A DNA stretch of 64,000 nt from an uncultured Candidatus Saccharibacteria bacterium (GCA_965230975.1 OZ246402.1:379819-443818), one strand, 5' to 3'; shown: positions 50,853 to 60,417, counted from the first letter of the stretch. The notes: a model not told the origin generated them from the letters alone. Translations and numbers: made by a program.

Positions 50853-51959
50853 ATGGAACCGCACCCAGTACCACAAAACATAATAGATGTAGAATTCAAA
50901 TTATTTGGCTCATTCAGCTTAAGACAATTTGGCCAAATATTAATAGGGTGCATGGTTGCAGTTATTGTGTACTTTATACCAATTGTTCCAATAATAATAA
51001 AAATCCCTGTAATTATAATTGCAGTTATTTCAGGGCTTTTATCTGCGGTTATTCCAAACTTTGGAACCTGGATGATTGGTTTTGCAAAAGCTTTAATAGT
51101 AGATCCTAGATACGTTTGGGTAAAAGAACCTGCCAGAAGTGATATTTTAGAACAAACCAAAACACAGCCAACAACAAAAGCTGTATCAAAAACTGATGAA
51201 ACTAAAGCAGATAAACTTGAATCTTTAATGATTGCAGATGCTATAGATGAAAAAGATGATGTGATGGAAGACTTTTTAATGAATGGTAAAGCACCTCAAA
51301 AGGATGGATTTAATAATTTATACGATAGAGTTTTTGTAGATGCAACTCCTAAGCCCATTGCCTCACAACAAGTTGATGATTCAAAATCAACTAATGAACC
51401 GGGCTTTCAAAACATTCAACAAACACAATTAGAGCAGGTTAAAGAAAAACCTTTAGATATAACAGATAATGCGAATCTGAAAGAAGTTAAGCCTTTAACA
51501 AAAGAAGATATTCTTAAGCAAATGGAACAGTTGAGATTGCAGTTAAGGCAATACAGCAAAGAATCTAATAAGGAAAAGGAGATGGAGGTTATGAGTCAAA
51601 TTAATGATTTGTATAATCAATACAAGTTAATGCAAAAAGAAGAACCAAAAGTAGTTGTAGCTGGTTCTAAAGAAGTACAAAACTTTGCAAAAAATGTTGA
51701 TCAAGGCAAAATTATATTTGGAATTGTTGTTACAAAGTCTGATAAACCTGTAGCAGACGCAGAAATTACATTAACTAATTTTGAAACCAAGGAGTCATTT
51801 ACAGGTAAAAGTAATTCTGATGGTAAATTTTCTACTGCTAAAAAGCTTCCTTTTGGAAAGTATGATGTTCAAATATTTCACCCAAACTTAACTTTTCATA
51901 CTTATAGGGTAGAAGTTGTAGATTCTTTATTACCTGCTTTTAAGTTTAGAGAGAAGTAG
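50853..51959 (+). CDS. PrgI-family protein with C-terminal carboxypeptidase-regulatory-like domain
   Basis: HPVPQNIIDVEFKLFGSFSLRQF, two TM segments, PRYVWVK; C-terminal IFGIV...PVADAEI...SNSDGKF...GKYDV. Confidence 0.85.
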   Translation: MEPHPVPQNIIDVEFKLFGSFSLRQFGQILIGCMVAVIVYFIPIVPIIIKIPVIIIAVISGLLSAVIPNFGTWMIGFAKALIVDPRYVWVKEPARSDILEQTKTQPTTKAVSKTDETKADKLESLMIADAIDEKDDVMEDFLMNGKAPQKDGFNNLYDRVFVDATPKPIASQQVDDSKSTNEPGFQNIQQTQLEQVKEKPLDITDNANLKEVKPLTKEDILKQMEQLRLQLRQYSKESNKEKEMEVMSQINDLYNQYKLMQKEEPKVVVAGSKEVQNFAKNVDQGKIIFGIVVTKSDKPVADAEITLTNFETKESFTGKSNSDGKFSTAKKLPFGKYDVQIFHPNLTFHTYRVEVVDSLLPAFKFREK

Positions 51960-52334
51960 TTAAATTATAGGTGGGTAGCTAAATTCAATGCCTTTAATCT
52001 CTTCTTCTGTAACTGTTGCGACCTCAACCCACTTTGTTAAAGAAGGTATTCTATCATCAGGGTAGCCAGTAAATTTTTCTTTAGTGCACCGAACTATAGA
52101 AGGAGTTCTATTAGCAGTCAACTGGTTATAAAATCCTATAGAATCTCCCTCAAAAGAAACTCTTGCATATGTCCACGGTATTTCATTTATTGTTTTTTCA
52201 TCATGATAACTGTTATTGTATCTATACTTTACTACACCTTTTTTATCAGCAATATCTTTTAACCTTTCGAATGCTTCTTCTTTAGAAATTATTGGGGTTT
52301 CTGGTAATTGTTCAGGAAATGGATTATTTGACAT
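51960..52334 (-). CDS. Hypothetical protein
   Basis: 124-aa ORF downstream of tRNA-Leu. Confidence 0.65.
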   Translation of the reverse strand: MSNNPFPEQLPETPIISKEEAFERLKDIADKKGVVKYRYNNSYHDEKTINEIPWTYARVSFEGDSIGFYNQLTANRTPSIVRCTKEKFTGYPDDRIPSLTKWVEVATVTEEEIKGIEFSYPPII

Positions 52335-52425
52335 TTTTATTTATTAATTATTGAATATCATACATCAAATAGTTTTTATTGCCAATTTGTTAAGGTTGAG
52401 AAACTTAATCTATATTGAAGTATAA

Positions 52426-52508
52426 TACCGGGGGAGGGACTCGAACCCTCACGCCCTTAAGGGCAACGGATTTTAAGTCCGTCGTGTCTACCATTCCACC
52501 ACCTCGGC
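52426..52508 (-). tRNA. tRNA-Leu(TAA), CCA not encoded
   Basis: GCCGAGG...CT-TAA-AA...variable arm GCCCTTAAGGGC...GGTTCGAGTCC. Confidence 0.96.
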
Positions 52509-52610
52509 ATTTAAATAACTTGCTTTGAAGAGCATTGAATTATAACCTCTGCCTTAAAATTTTTAAATAGATAATTTCTTAAATATGTTCTGACTGTTTT
52601 AAAATTTCGA

Positions 52611-52701
52611 TTTGTGGGCTAATTTAAAAAATCCTCAAGTACAAATTTTGAAATTGTTAGCCAATTCTTCAAATTGTGAGCCAATTTTTTCAAATTGTAA
52701 G
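52611..52701. repeat. Phased imperfect direct repeats (AAATTGTnAGCCAATT)
   Basis: TTGT cores at 52612, 52654, 52674 and 52695 (spacing 42, 20, 21). Confidence 0.6.
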
Positions 52702-52882
52702 AAGTTTGCAAACTTTAGAAAGTATAATCCTCTATACTACAGAAACAGTGTCAAAAGAGTGCTAATTTGTTAGTAAAATTAGCAAGATTTAGTGCTAAGT
52801 TTAGCACTGTTTATGTAGTGACTCAAAACTCTTAAGTAAAAAATTCAAGATTAAGAGGCCTTATAAACTTATCAATAAAAAA

Positions 52883-53161
52883 ATGTATAAAATAAATAGA
52901 CATACAATAAGAAGAAATATTTACCTAACACCCCAAATCTATGAACAGTCAAAAATCATAGCCAATAAACTAGGTGTTAAATACAACGAATACATAAGAT
53001 ATTTAATATCACAAGATATCTCTAGGTATGAGCTAAACGAGATTGACTTTATAACTCAAAAAGAAAAGATAGAACTAAGGCGAATAATAATTGAAATAAG
53101 AAATCATAGACATGTTGCTTCAAAAGACATCGAAAAAGTACTAAGAAGATTGATAGATTGA
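52883..53161 (+). CDS. Ribbon-helix-helix DNA-binding protein
   Basis: RRNIYLTPQIYEQSKIIANKLGVKYNEYIRYLI matches the RHH pattern. Confidence 0.7.
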   Translation: MYKINRHTIRRNIYLTPQIYEQSKIIANKLGVKYNEYIRYLISQDISRYELNEIDFITQKEKIELRRIIIEIRNHRHVASKDIEKVLRRLID

Positions 53162-53194
53162 AACTACTTATTACACAAGCTTTTTGCTATAATT

Positions 53195-53770
53195 ATGGGT
53201 AATTCTAACAAAAACAAAATGCTAAAAATATTGCAATATGGCAGTCCAATTTTGGAAAAGCCAACAAATAAAGTTGAAAACGTAAAAGATCCTAAAATAT
53301 TAAAACTAATAGACGAAATGCTAAAAGTTTTAGAAAAAGAAGAGGATCATTCTGCAGGCCTATCTGCACCACAAGTGGGGCAAAGTCTAAAAATCGCAAT
53401 TTGTAGAAGATTAGATTTAGAAGATGAGCTACAAGATAAAAACAAACAACAAAATATTGTAAAAAAAACAGAAGCAATTTGGGAAGTAATGATAAATCCG
53501 CAAATAACATATAAATCTAACGACAAATCTACAAAATGGGAAGGTTGCTTAAGTGTAAACCAGGGTGAATTATTTGGTGAAGTAACAAGGCCTAGAATAG
53601 TAAAGGTTAAATATACAACTATTGAAGGTAAAGAAGTTGAAATTATTGCAGATGGATACTTTTCTCATGTTGTGCAACACGAATTAGATCACTTAGACGG
53701 CGTTTTATTTTTAAAATATATAAACGACCCAACAAAACTGTACACTCCGGACGAAATAGAAGATCTATAA
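53195..53770 (+). CDS. def: Peptide deformylase
   Basis: GLSAPQVG, EGCLS and QHELDHLDG motifs. Confidence 0.97.
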   Translation: MGNSNKNKMLKILQYGSPILEKPTNKVENVKDPKILKLIDEMLKVLEKEEDHSAGLSAPQVGQSLKIAICRRLDLEDELQDKNKQQNIVKKTEAIWEVMINPQITYKSNDKSTKWEGCLSVNQGELFGEVTRPRIVKVKYTTIEGKEVEIIADGYFSHVVQHELDHLDGVLFLKYINDPTKLYTPDEIEDL

Positions 53771-53811
53771 AAATCATTGATAGCAACCAATATTAAGATT
53801 ACAATAGATTC

Positions 53812-55260
53812 ATGATTAAATTATCTGCAGAAGAATTCTTAAAATTCATACCTGGATATATTATTGATATATCTGAAAAGCTACAAGAGTCCGGTTATCA
53901 CGCCTATCTTGTTGGCGGATCTATTAGAGACATACTTTTAGAAAAACAACCAGACGACTTTGACATTGCAACAAACGCTTACCCTGAAGAAATAATGAAA
54001 ATATTTCCCAAAAGCATTCCAACAGGAGCTAAATTTGGAACAATCACAGTAATCGCAGAAGATGAGAACGGAGAGAAATTTGAAGTCCAAATAACCACAT
54101 ATAGATCAGAGGCAGATTACATAGGTGGCAGATGGCCATCTAAAGTTGAGTTTAGTAGAGAGATTGAAGATGACTTATCCCGAAGAGATTTTACAATTAA
54201 TGCTCTAGCTCTTAACTTACAAAGATTTGATGAAAAAGATATTGCAGTAGATCAGTTGATAATAGATCTATTTGGTGGCTTAAATGATTTAAAGGCTAAA
54301 AGAATTAGGGCGGTTCGAGACCCTTTCGAAAGATTTTCAGAAGATGGCTTAAGATCAGTAAGAGCTTGCAGACTAGCCTCACAATTAAATTTTAAGATAG
54401 AGCCAAAAACTTTTAATGCAATAAAACAAGCGTTGCACATTACAAAAATGGTATCTGTTGAAAGGTTTAGAGATGAACTAATGAAGATTTTATTAAAATC
54501 ATCTCAACCTTCTAAAGGATTACTTTTATTAAAAGAGAGTGGAATATTAAATATTTTTTTACCTGAGTTATTAGAAGGTATTGGAGTAAATCAGCCACAA
54601 TTTCATGCAGATGATGTGTTTATCCATTTATTAAAAACTGTAGATGCTGCTGAAGATAGCATTAAACTTGCTGCACTTTTTCATGATATTGCAAAACCTA
54701 GAACAATGACGGTAGATGATAAAGGCGTTCATTTTTATGGACACGATGTTATGGGAGCTCAAATGACTAAAGATATTATGAAGAGACTGAAGTTTTCTAA
54801 TTCAGAGATAGAAAAAACATCTAATTTAGTAAGATGGCATATGTTTTACTACCCTTCGGCCGATTGGAGAAAAACAGAAGAAAGTAAAAGATCTGCAGAT
54901 TTAGGCTGGACAGATGCAGCAATAAGAAGGTTTATTCAAAATGTTGGTGGAGAAGATGCAGTAGATGACCTTATGAAATTGAGAATTGCAGATGCAGCTG
55001 GTAACCCAAAAAGTGAATTTGATGCTAAAGAGTTAGATGCCCTATCTCAAAGAATAGCAGAGGTTAGGGCAAAAGAGATGGCTTTAAAAATTACAGATTT
55101 AGATATTACTGGTCACGATTTAAAAGATAATTTTGAAATTGATGGCAAACAACTAGGCGATGTTTTAAGGTATTTACTTGATAAAGTAATAGAGGAGCCC
55201 GCATTAAATAAAAAGATAGATTTACTTAGATTGGCAGAGGAGTATATAGATAAAGAGTAG
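53812..55260 (+). CDS. cca: CCA tRNA nucleotidyltransferase with HD domain
   Basis: VGGSIRD, DFDIAT, DLSRRDFTINA, EDGLR and FHDIAK motifs. Confidence 0.94.
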   Translation: MIKLSAEEFLKFIPGYIIDISEKLQESGYHAYLVGGSIRDILLEKQPDDFDIATNAYPEEIMKIFPKSIPTGAKFGTITVIAEDENGEKFEVQITTYRSEADYIGGRWPSKVEFSREIEDDLSRRDFTINALALNLQRFDEKDIAVDQLIIDLFGGLNDLKAKRIRAVRDPFERFSEDGLRSVRACRLASQLNFKIEPKTFNAIKQALHITKMVSVERFRDELMKILLKSSQPSKGLLLLKESGILNIFLPELLEGIGVNQPQFHADDVFIHLLKTVDAAEDSIKLAALFHDIAKPRTMTVDDKGVHFYGHDVMGAQMTKDIMKRLKFSNSEIEKTSNLVRWHMFYYPSADWRKTEESKRSADLGWTDAAIRRFIQNVGGEDAVDDLMKLRIADAAGNPKSEFDAKELDALSQRIAEVRAKEMALKITDLDITGHDLKDNFEIDGKQLGDVLRYLLDKVIEEPALNKKIDLLRLAEEYIDKE

Positions 55261-55302
55261 TTTTGAATATTATTTACTAAAATATATTCAGCTTAAGTTA
55301 CT

Positions 55303-56835
55303 ATGGAGCAAAACCAGCAAACTAAAAGAAAAAAGATAATTGTTATAGCACTATTAGTATTAACAATCCTTTTAGGTGCGGTTGCTGTCTTCATCTCTTA
55401 TTATATTCAGCAAAACCAAAGCCCAGAAAGTAGTAGTGCAGATGCTGCTTGTGATACCGCAGATCAATGTTTTACATTTGAACTGGCAAATAGTATTCAA
55501 TGTCAAAAGTCTGGAGCTACAAAAAATTGCTGCCCTGCAGGGACTCAAATAGATAATTCCATTAGAGCTTGTATATCTGCTTGTAATGTTAAAAATAATA
55601 ACTGTACTCCAGTTACTACTCCCCTATCTGGTTCTACGAGGTGTTATTTTGCAGATCAGATTTATAATTGTTGCCCCGGAACTCAAATTGCTCAAAATGG
55701 AACATGTGTAGATGGCAGTTCTTCCTCTGCGACTTGCCCATTCGGTACAAGTATAAATTCATCAAAAACTTTATGTGTTTGCGACAATAATAGTACCTTT
55801 ACTTATCCTATTGGAACAGTAAGTGCAAATTGTCCAAAATCTTGTAGTGATGCGGGAGGATCATGCCAAACAAGTGCTTGTAAAACAGGCCAAACTACAG
55901 TAACAAACGGCGTTTGTAATGGGGGAGGTTTTTGTTGTAGTGGTACAGCAACTAGTACGGATACTCAAAACCCCGATACCCAGACCCCTGGTGGCCAAGT
56001 TAGCGGCTCTTGTGGAAACGGTGGTTCATGTTTTTTACAGGGTGGAAGTTTTAATGGGGTTACTGTAAATAACTGTGGAAGTGTGGGTAGGGTTGACTCA
56101 TCACCAAATAGTTGTGGGGCGGGATATTTATGTTGTAGTTTAACGAACAGTGGAAGCTCTTCGTCTGGCAACTCAAATAACGGAGCAACAACTACAACAA
56201 AATCTCAATGTGGAGGTACTTGCAATACAAGTTCTGACTGTGCTGCTTCTGCAACTGGTGTTACTGTAACATGTAGAAATGGTGTTTGTGAAAATGCATC
56301 TTGTACCGTTGGTAAAACAGTTCCAGGAGCAAATTGCGAGTGTAGTACTTTGAATGCTTGTGGACAAGCATGTAGCGCAAGCTTAGGTCTTTGTCAGTCC
56401 GGATCAGAGTGTGGGTTTATTGGATCTCCAACTTCTTGTGTTCAAAACGAGGGTTTAAATAATGGAACCCAATTTTGCCTTCCGCAAAACCCATCTAAAG
56501 GCTATACACTTACTTCTTGCACAGGTTTATCTGCTCTTAATTTAAGAAGCCCTTTGGGTACAAATGTAACAAGTCAAGCACAAGTTTTAGAAGCGTGTAA
56601 CTTGATAACTCAATCAAGTGGAGTAGGAAGTTCAGGGCAGTCAAGTGCGTCAGTTTGTGGAGATAGTGTTTGTTCTGCTAATGAAAGTAGCTTCACTTGT
56701 CCTGGAGATTGTACTTTGCCGGATACCGCAATAGTATCAGATAGATTTGATAGGGTTATAATAGGAATTTTTGTAATAATCTTGGGTATAAGCTTAGCAG
56801 GCGGGTTTGATAAACTAAGAAGAGTAGTCAAATAA
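55303..56835 (+). CDS. Cys-rich surface protein with LPxTA-type C-terminal motif
   Basis: N-terminal TM segment, many Cys clusters, LPDTA followed by a hydrophobic segment and KLRRVVK. Confidence 0.85.
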   Translation: MEQNQQTKRKKIIVIALLVLTILLGAVAVFISYYIQQNQSPESSSADAACDTADQCFTFELANSIQCQKSGATKNCCPAGTQIDNSIRACISACNVKNNNCTPVTTPLSGSTRCYFADQIYNCCPGTQIAQNGTCVDGSSSSATCPFGTSINSSKTLCVCDNNSTFTYPIGTVSANCPKSCSDAGGSCQTSACKTGQTTVTNGVCNGGGFCCSGTATSTDTQNPDTQTPGGQVSGSCGNGGSCFLQGGSFNGVTVNNCGSVGRVDSSPNSCGAGYLCCSLTNSGSSSSGNSNNGATTTTKSQCGGTCNTSSDCAASATGVTVTCRNGVCENASCTVGKTVPGANCECSTLNACGQACSASLGLCQSGSECGFIGSPTSCVQNEGLNNGTQFCLPQNPSKGYTLTSCTGLSALNLRSPLGTNVTSQAQVLEACNLITQSSGVGSSGQSSASVCGDSVCSANESSFTCPGDCTLPDTAIVSDRFDRVIIGIFVIILGISLAGGFDKLRRVVK

Positions 56836-56880
56836 AACCAAAATTTGTAACTTTACTATTAATGAACTATAATCTACCAA

Positions 56881-56985
56881 GAAGTTTTAGGAGATTTATC
56901 GCTTCCAAAACCAAATTCAAAACAAAATTATATTAAAATGTAATTTCGTTTTGGGTTTGGAACCCTTTCTCCTTATTAAACTTTC
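56881..56985 (+). promoter_or_regulatory. Long stem-loop in the pnp 5' leader
   Basis: Promoter TTGTAA-17-TATAAT (56845-56873); GAAGTTT/AAACTTT, AGGAGA/TCTCCT and CCAAATTCAAAAC/GTTTTGGGTTTGG pairings. Confidence 0.7.
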
Positions 56986-57052
56986 CTTAATATTGGCATA
57001 AGTCATAATAGACTTTTTGCATATTTTGAATATATTTATTAATTTTGCATTC

Positions 57053-59365
57053 ATGCAAGAAATTAAAAAGACATATAGTCTTAATGGTGTTGAAATTGAA
57101 ATTTCAACCGGCAAGTTGGCCACACTTTCAAGTGGTTCAGTTTTAATTAAAATGGGTGGCACAGTAGTTTTAGCTACTGCAAGCATAGATAAAAAAGATG
57201 CTCAGCAAGACTTCTTCCCACTATCTGTAGAATACATTGAAAAAATGTATGCAAGAGGAGCAATCTCTGGCGCTAGATTCGAAAAAAGAGAAGGTTTCCC
57301 ATCAGAAGAAGCAATCGTAAAAGCAAGACAAATTGACCACTCAATTAGATCTCTATTCCCAAAGAGTTATAGAAAACCAGTAATGGTAATAATAACTGTA
57401 ATGGCATATGATCAAGAAAACGACCCAGAAATCTTAGCAGTATTTGGTTCAAGCTTGGCGTTGTTATTGTCAGGTGCTCCATTTTATGGACCAAGTTCTA
57501 GTGCTGTAACTGGCATTTTAGAAGATGGATCAATTGTTACAAACCCTAAAGTTTCTCAACACGAAGGTTTGATGGCAGAATTGTTAATCTCAGGTTTAGA
57601 TGATAGATTACTTAACATTGAAGGATGGGCAAAAGAAATTACAGAAGATGTAATGGGCAAGGCTTTAGATTCTGCAAATGAAGTAATAAAGCAAATGAAT
57701 CAAATTCAATTAGACTTTGTTAAAGAATGTGGCGTAACTTTAAATAACCAAATTGTTAAAGAAGCAGACGTTCCAGTTTCTGTAGAATTAATCGAAAGAA
57801 TTAAACACGACAAACACGATGATATTGTAAAAGCTTTGTTTGTAGAAAAAGATAAAGATACAAGCAGAGGAGAAAACTTAGGTGCTATTAAAAATGCTTT
57901 ATGGGAAGAGATTTCTAAAGAGCAATCAGCAAATGCAGAGCTATCAGAAGATCAGAAAGTTACAGAATATCAAATTGACCTTGGCGTAGAATACGTTGCT
58001 AGAAAAGTTTTGAGATCTGCAGTTATGGAAGAAGGTAAAAGAGTTACAAAAAGAGGATTAGAAGATATTAGAGATTTAAAAGCAGAAGTTGATTTATTAC
58101 CAACAGTTCATGGATCTGCATTGTTCTGTAGAGGTTTAACACAATCATTATCAATTGTGACTTTAGGTTCTCAAGGTAAAGAACAAATCTTAGATGAAAT
58201 GGAAGGTGAAACTTATAATAGATTCTTTCACCATTACAACATGCCTCCATTCTCAACAGGAGAAGCTGGTAGATACAGTTACAAACCAGGTAGAAGAGAA
58301 ATTGGGCATGGTGCAATAGGTTTAAATGCATTAAAAAACATGCTTCCATCTCAAGAAGAATTCCCATACACAATAAGAGTTGTATCAGAAATCTTAACTT
58401 CAAATGGATCTACATCAATGGCTGCAACTTGTGCATCTAGCATGGCATTAATGGCTGCAGGTGTCCCTTTAAAAGAAGCAGTAGCAGGTATCGGAGTTGG
58501 TTTGGTGACAAACGATCAAAATGAAGATGACTACAGATTACTTTTAGACATTGAAGGAATAGAAGACTTTTATGGAGATATGGACTTTAAAGTTACAGGT
58601 ACAAAGAATGGTGTAACAGCAATTCAATACGAAAATAAATTAAGAGGTGTAAAAATTGAAGTTTTGAAAAAAGCATTTGCATTGGCTCAAAAGGGTAGGA
58701 TGCAAGTATTAGAAGTTATGAATAAAGCAATTACTGAACCAAGAAAAGAGCTTTCCCCAACTGCACCAATTGTTGGATCTATTACTATTAAGCAGGACAG
58801 CATTGGAATGTTGATTGGCCCAGGAGGCAAAAATATTAAAGAGCTTGTAGCAAGATCTTCAGAAGATTATGCTGCACCAGCGGACATTAATATTGATGAT
58901 TCTGGAAAAGTTACTATTACTGCATCAAATAAAGCTCAATTAGACTTTGTAATAGGCCTAATTAGTGACATGCTAGGAGAAGCAGAAGTAGGTAAAGTTT
59001 ATACAGGAATTGTTGATAGAATAATGCCATACGGCGTATTTGTAGATGTAACCTCAAATATTTCTGGGTTATTACATGTAAGTGAGATCTTTGAAAAACA
59101 AGGTAACTTTGATGTTTCTAAAGTTTTTACAGAAGGTGAAAAGGTTAAAGTTAAAGTTACAAAGATAGAAGATGGCAAGGTTAGTTTTAGTGTAAAAGGT
59201 GTTGAACAAGATTCGGATCTTTTAGCTAGAATCGAAGCTGCTCCAATTGCAGAAAGAACTTTTGACAGGCCACAAGGTGACAGAGGAGGAAATAGAAGGG
59301 GCGGTTTTAATGGTGGCGACAGAAGAAACAACGGTGGTGGAGATTTTAGAAGATCAAGATACTAA
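57053..59365 (+). CDS. pnp: Polyribonucleotide nucleotidyltransferase
   Basis: DFFPLSV, RREIGHG, SNGSTSMA and GDMDFKV motifs, KH and S1 domains, RGG-rich tail; ATG at 57053 preferred. Confidence 0.98.
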   Translation: MQEIKKTYSLNGVEIEISTGKLATLSSGSVLIKMGGTVVLATASIDKKDAQQDFFPLSVEYIEKMYARGAISGARFEKREGFPSEEAIVKARQIDHSIRSLFPKSYRKPVMVIITVMAYDQENDPEILAVFGSSLALLLSGAPFYGPSSSAVTGILEDGSIVTNPKVSQHEGLMAELLISGLDDRLLNIEGWAKEITEDVMGKALDSANEVIKQMNQIQLDFVKECGVTLNNQIVKEADVPVSVELIERIKHDKHDDIVKALFVEKDKDTSRGENLGAIKNALWEEISKEQSANAELSEDQKVTEYQIDLGVEYVARKVLRSAVMEEGKRVTKRGLEDIRDLKAEVDLLPTVHGSALFCRGLTQSLSIVTLGSQGKEQILDEMEGETYNRFFHHYNMPPFSTGEAGRYSYKPGRREIGHGAIGLNALKNMLPSQEEFPYTIRVVSEILTSNGSTSMAATCASSMALMAAGVPLKEAVAGIGVGLVTNDQNEDDYRLLLDIEGIEDFYGDMDFKVTGTKNGVTAIQYENKLRGVKIEVLKKAFALAQKGRMQVLEVMNKAITEPRKELSPTAPIVGSITIKQDSIGMLIGPGGKNIKELVARSSEDYAAPADINIDDSGKVTITASNKAQLDFVIGLISDMLGEAEVGKVYTGIVDRIMPYGVFVDVTSNISGLLHVSEIFEKQGNFDVSKVFTEGEKVKVKVTKIEDGKVSFSVKGVEQDSDLLARIEAAPIAERTFDRPQGDRGGNRRGGFNGGDRRNNGGGDFRRSRY

Positions 59366-59395
59366 TCTATATTCTAGACTAGTAAGTTAAAGACC

Positions 59396-59431
59396 AAGCC
59401 CGGTATTAGAGAAATCTTTTACCGGGTTTTT
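59396..59431 (+). terminator. Intrinsic terminator of pnp
   Basis: AAGCCCGGTA ... TACCGGGTTTTT. Confidence 0.8.
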
Positions 59432-59538
59432 ATATGGTTATATGATTATCCCTTTTAACTCGGTAAATATGAATATTTGCAACTTTTTATGTGCAAACTA
59501 TGGGAGGTTTATCTAACTCTTTTTTTAGACTTGATAAA

Positions 59539-59652
59539 TTGGTATACACCTTTGGAGTGTACGAATATACTTTAGTCTTTTGCAGTTGCTTTACAGTTAA
59601 GAGATAATAGCTTTATAGTATACCTAACCCATATGCAAAAGGCGTATACCAA
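59539..59652. repeat. Dispersed inverted-repeat element, copy 3
   Basis: TTGGTATACACCTTT ... AAAGGCGTATACCAA. Confidence 0.65.
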
Positions 59653-59774
59653 AATCTTGGTTTGTTAGAAAGGTAAGCGGGTATTGGTGGCAGTAGATAT
59701 TAAATAGGGTAAGTTTCTTTTTCACTTTACATGCGTATTCCCTTTTGTTTAAATAGAATATCTAAATCCAATTT

Positions 59775-60353
59775 ATGAAACTATCAGAAACTAATTTTGC
59801 AAAAATAGTAAGCATAATTTTTAATCCTTTCTTGGTTTTAACTCTGGCTTTAGTTTTAGGAAATTTGATTTGGGTTCAACTGCATACGGGCCCAGTGATA
59901 TTTGTTATATCGGTACTGATTTTTTTACCATTTATTGTTTATACTGCCAAGATTTCTACTAAAAAAGCAGGATTTTGGCATCCGCACAATCTTTTAAGAA
60001 AAGAAAGGGACAGTGTTTATATTTTTGGAATGTTTGCCTCTTTAATTTCAATCCTAGCTTTTAGTTATATTGGTATAAACTATTGGCTGGGAAACAGTTT
60101 TATAGCATTCTTGCTTATAGCATTGTTATTTTTAGTAAATAAATATATTGATAAAGCAAGCGTTCACACTGCAGTATTTTGCTTTTCAGTTTTTTACCTT
60201 ACAGATAAATTTGATACAAGCATAGGCTTGTTTTTAATAGCCTTACCTATTATTATGTGGGCCAGAGTTAAATTGCACCAACATACGTGGGTTCAGCTGT
60301 TTCTTGGGATTATTGTAGGAATGTTGGTTGGTCTACTAAGTTGGACTATTTAA
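59775..60353 (+). CDS. Polytopic membrane protein (PAP2-like)
   Basis: KASVH and WARVKLHQHTWVQ motifs; multiple TM segments. Confidence 0.7.
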   Translation: MKLSETNFAKIVSIIFNPFLVLTLALVLGNLIWVQLHTGPVIFVISVLIFLPFIVYTAKISTKKAGFWHPHNLLRKERDSVYIFGMFASLISILAFSYIGINYWLGNSFIAFLLIALLFLVNKYIDKASVHTAVFCFSVFYLTDKFDTSIGLFLIALPIIMWARVKLHQHTWVQLFLGIIVGMLVGLLSWTI

Positions 60354-60417
60354 TGTTGCATTTTTGCATAACTAGGTAGAAAATAGACCTTTGTATCGTA
60401 TTCTTTATTAACAACAC

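Noticed and set aside
33382-52425. Integrated element between tRNA-Asp and tRNA-Leu(TAA)
   Set aside because: No integrase or tRNA 3'-end duplication seen; a lone PrgI gene without a relaxase or VirB4 does not define an ICE.
52611-52701. CRISPR array
   Set aside because: Repeats are short, imperfect and nearly abutting with no unique spacers; no cas genes in the window.
52757-52809. CIRCE (HrcA) operator
   Set aside because: Half-sites GAGTGCTAA and TTAGCACT are present but in inverted order and without the 9-nt spacer; no chaperone gene follows.
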